Shown piece after piece: positions 61,751 to 64,000 of a stretch of 64,000 bases of DNA. Both the position numbers and the translations under genes were made by a program. Origin of the DNA: Raillietiella orientalis (lineage: Eukaryota); contig JAYWIR010000010.1 in NCBI GenBank assembly GCA_036172245.1, positions 3,906,001 through 3,970,000 on the forward strand, in the 5' to 3' direction. Positions within the stretch are counted from its first letter, which is position 1; each line of letters opens with the position of its first letter. The notes beneath the pieces were generated by a model. The model was not told the origin of the DNA, searched no databases, and saw only the letters and a list, made by a program, of their open reading frames with translations.

Positions 61751-62879
61751 AGTCATCTTTCCTTCTCTTCCACCATCAGCTCCTCCTGGCTTCGCAGTGA
61801 TGGAAACCGTTTTGGAGCTCTCCTGTTTCTGCTGCCTTCCTTCTGGCATTTTTGCTCCCTTTTTTCTAGCTCTCCGAGTGCTGAAGACCCGTTCACCTCC
61901 TTAGGGGCGACCTGCGAAGCTCCTCAACACTGTCCACGCCATCGAGGTTGAGAGTAACTCTTCAAGTCATGACAGACAACCTCGTAAGGACCACCCTGTG
62001 CACCCGGGATGGCTCTGGAGAAAGGCGTTCGCTCCTATTACGTAGGGAACTCTTCCCTACTACCTCCGGAGGGACCACCCGGAGGGGAGGCATTCCTCAC
62101 TCCTTTGAAGGGAACCCGAAAAGGAACCGCTCCTGGATTTCTTCTCCATTGGGGACCCGCAAGGGGAGTATCATCAGGTATGCGATGGAGGCTCCATCCA
62201 CAGGGATGGAAGGAGGGCAGCTCCATTTTTACGATCGGAGGGGAACCGCGAAGGACTCCTTGATCCTTGGAAGGGACCCCGGAGGGTCAACTTCCAATCC
62301 CGGACACTCTCCAGGGGCATCTGGGGGGTTCCGGTTTCCACTGGCGCCGCGCTTGAATAGGCCAACCAGCGTCATCTTACGGGGAGGACTCGAAAACCCA
62401 CGGCGCACCCATTTCTGGGCGTTTCCCTGGTGAAATTCTCACCCTCAACGCTCGGTGCCACGTGTGAAGACCACAGCCACGCAGCCGCCAACGCGGACAG
62501 TGTGACCACTTGTCACTCTCGTCGTCATCTCTTCTGCACGGTTTCGGCAAAGGCGAGCAGTAAGAAAGAAGAAAGCGACAAGTGCCAAACGGCGGCGAAC
62601 GATCGCATGGGGGGGGGGAAGGGGGGAAGGGGGGAAGAAAAAGTGAGAGAGTCGGAGCAGCGGTGAATCTTCACTCTGAAAGTGTGAGATGCATTCAGAC
62701 AGTCAGAAACCGTGCCGAAAGTGCGAGACCTGCGTGTTTGCCATCGCCCGAAGATACCGGTAACAATTCGATACCTTCAGAAGAACTGAAAACATACCAA
62801 AAGAGGGAAAGTTCCCCTCCTGAAAAAAAAAAAAAAAAAAAAAGCAAATCCTCATGAAAAATGAGGACCTCTTCAGAAC

Positions 62880-63850
62880 AGAAGCATTTGGCACGCACGC
62901 AAGGAATGGTGTCCTTCTTTCTGGGAAGGGAGGGGAAAAAAAACCTTCTGAACCACTGCCTTTTGCAAACAAAAAGGAACTTCCGCATCCATGTGCCTGT
63001 CTTCCGCACTCACTTCCCGGCAACCCATGTCGAGACTCGCTCCACATCGGGTAGAAGCACTGAGTTTCGCTCCTCTGTTTGCAGACTTCCAGCTTGATTT
63101 TCAGAATCACCCATTGAACCTCCAAGTTGCACTCGAAGGGCTTCCCGTAATTACGTGCCATTCGCTGCGGTTTTGGCCAACTAACTCTGTGCACAAGGAA
63201 TTCACGGGGGCCCCAAAGATGCGAAAAAATCGAGGTCAGAAGAAAAAAGAGGGTCTGGAGGAATCCTTGCAGGTGCGCAATCGTCCCGAATGTTTGGCAA
63301 CCGGGAAGCTCCCAAGTTCTAAGGGGATGCTCCGAAAGGAATTCTGTTCTCAGGCTTTGCCAAGCTCCCCACTTCGCCAGGTGAAAGACCTAAGGTCATT
63401 GAAGACGCCATCAATAGTACTGAGATCTCAGCCAATTCGTTCCCGTTCGAGGCATTCGAGGTAAAAGTTGGTGAGTCAGCCTTGAACGTTAGGTGCGAGG
63501 GAAGAGCTGTGGCTAGAACTCTGTGTTCTGGGAAGGATGCAAGGAGGAGTTTTCGTAACGAGCAGCGGCTGACGGTGCATTCCGATGACAGATCCCGATC
63601 GTAGAAACTCTGGAGGTCTTGAGTGTTGAACATCTGAGACGCGAGCGCTTTGAGGAAGTTCTGGAACACCCGACCGGTGGTGATGCCCATCGACACTATC
63701 CAAACACATCGGGAACGTCCACTGGACTCACTGGCTGGGAAACCTGATCCCCCCGTCCTGAAAAGAAGGGGTCCACCTAATAATAGAAGCATGTTTCTCA
63801 TCTGAAGTGACCAAGGCAGAGCGCTGTGCAGGAGGAAACCTAAAATAAAA
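62880..63850 (-). pseudogene. IR pseudogene (M1-S2), probably continuing beyond the window
   Basis: LLFRTGGSGFPASESSGRSRCVWIVSMGITTGRVFQNFLKAL..QDLQSF (63319..63996); SSFLFAKGSG (62703..63194; cf. FAFPKGSP). Confidence 0.6.
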
Positions 63851-64000
63851 GAGGAAATATATGAAAATCGTGCACTTTCCCTTTCGCTCTCGGGAACCCA
63901 AGCGTCATTTCTCCCGACTATCGCCGGCTTACTGAGATTCTGGGATGCTCCGAACGGCAATTTTCTGAAAGCGCTGGAAAGCCCAAGTGAATGCAATCTT

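Noticed and set aside
61890..62480. Repeated peptide LGATCE at ~61900 and ~62450
   Set aside because: Too short, and the nucleotide flanks do not align; likely chance.
1..64000. CRISPR array, rRNA/tRNA genes, prokaryotic operons or defence systems
   Set aside because: No regularly spaced repeats, recognisable structural RNA or dense coding organisation seen; the sequence is eukaryotic non-coding in character.

Overview
Eukaryotic DNA, almost certainly animal and probably a protostome invertebrate such as an arthropod. I can support no intact protein-coding gene, RNA gene or CRISPR array. The long six-frame ORFs look like antisense or GC-driven artefacts. Reading across frameshifts and stops by eye, the window resolves into two interleaved graveyards. 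(1) Roughly 25-30 heavily decayed, apparently intronless remnants of ionotropic receptor (IR / variant iGluR chemoreceptor) genes. They are recognisable by the ordered succession of S1, M1, M2/M3, S2 and M4 motifs, lie on both strands, and fill 0.1-4.6, 12-18.3, 32.7-56.2 and 59-64 kb. (2) About 18 fragments of L1/Tx1-clade non-LTR retrotransposons, concentrated at 4.9-11.7 and 18.3-32.3 kb. The best-preserved copy (RQGDSLS, AYADD, YLG, GGLG, CCHC) is at about 57.0-58.9 kb. An orphan, disabled C-terminal fragment of a class I PI3-kinase catalytic subunit lies at about 41.5-41.7 kb, and there are several short direct and inverted duplications. All pseudogene and element boundaries are approximate (about +/-100 bp), and all family calls are manual motif recognition, not database results. 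The IR calls are individually moderate but collectively strong because motif order is conserved copy after copy.
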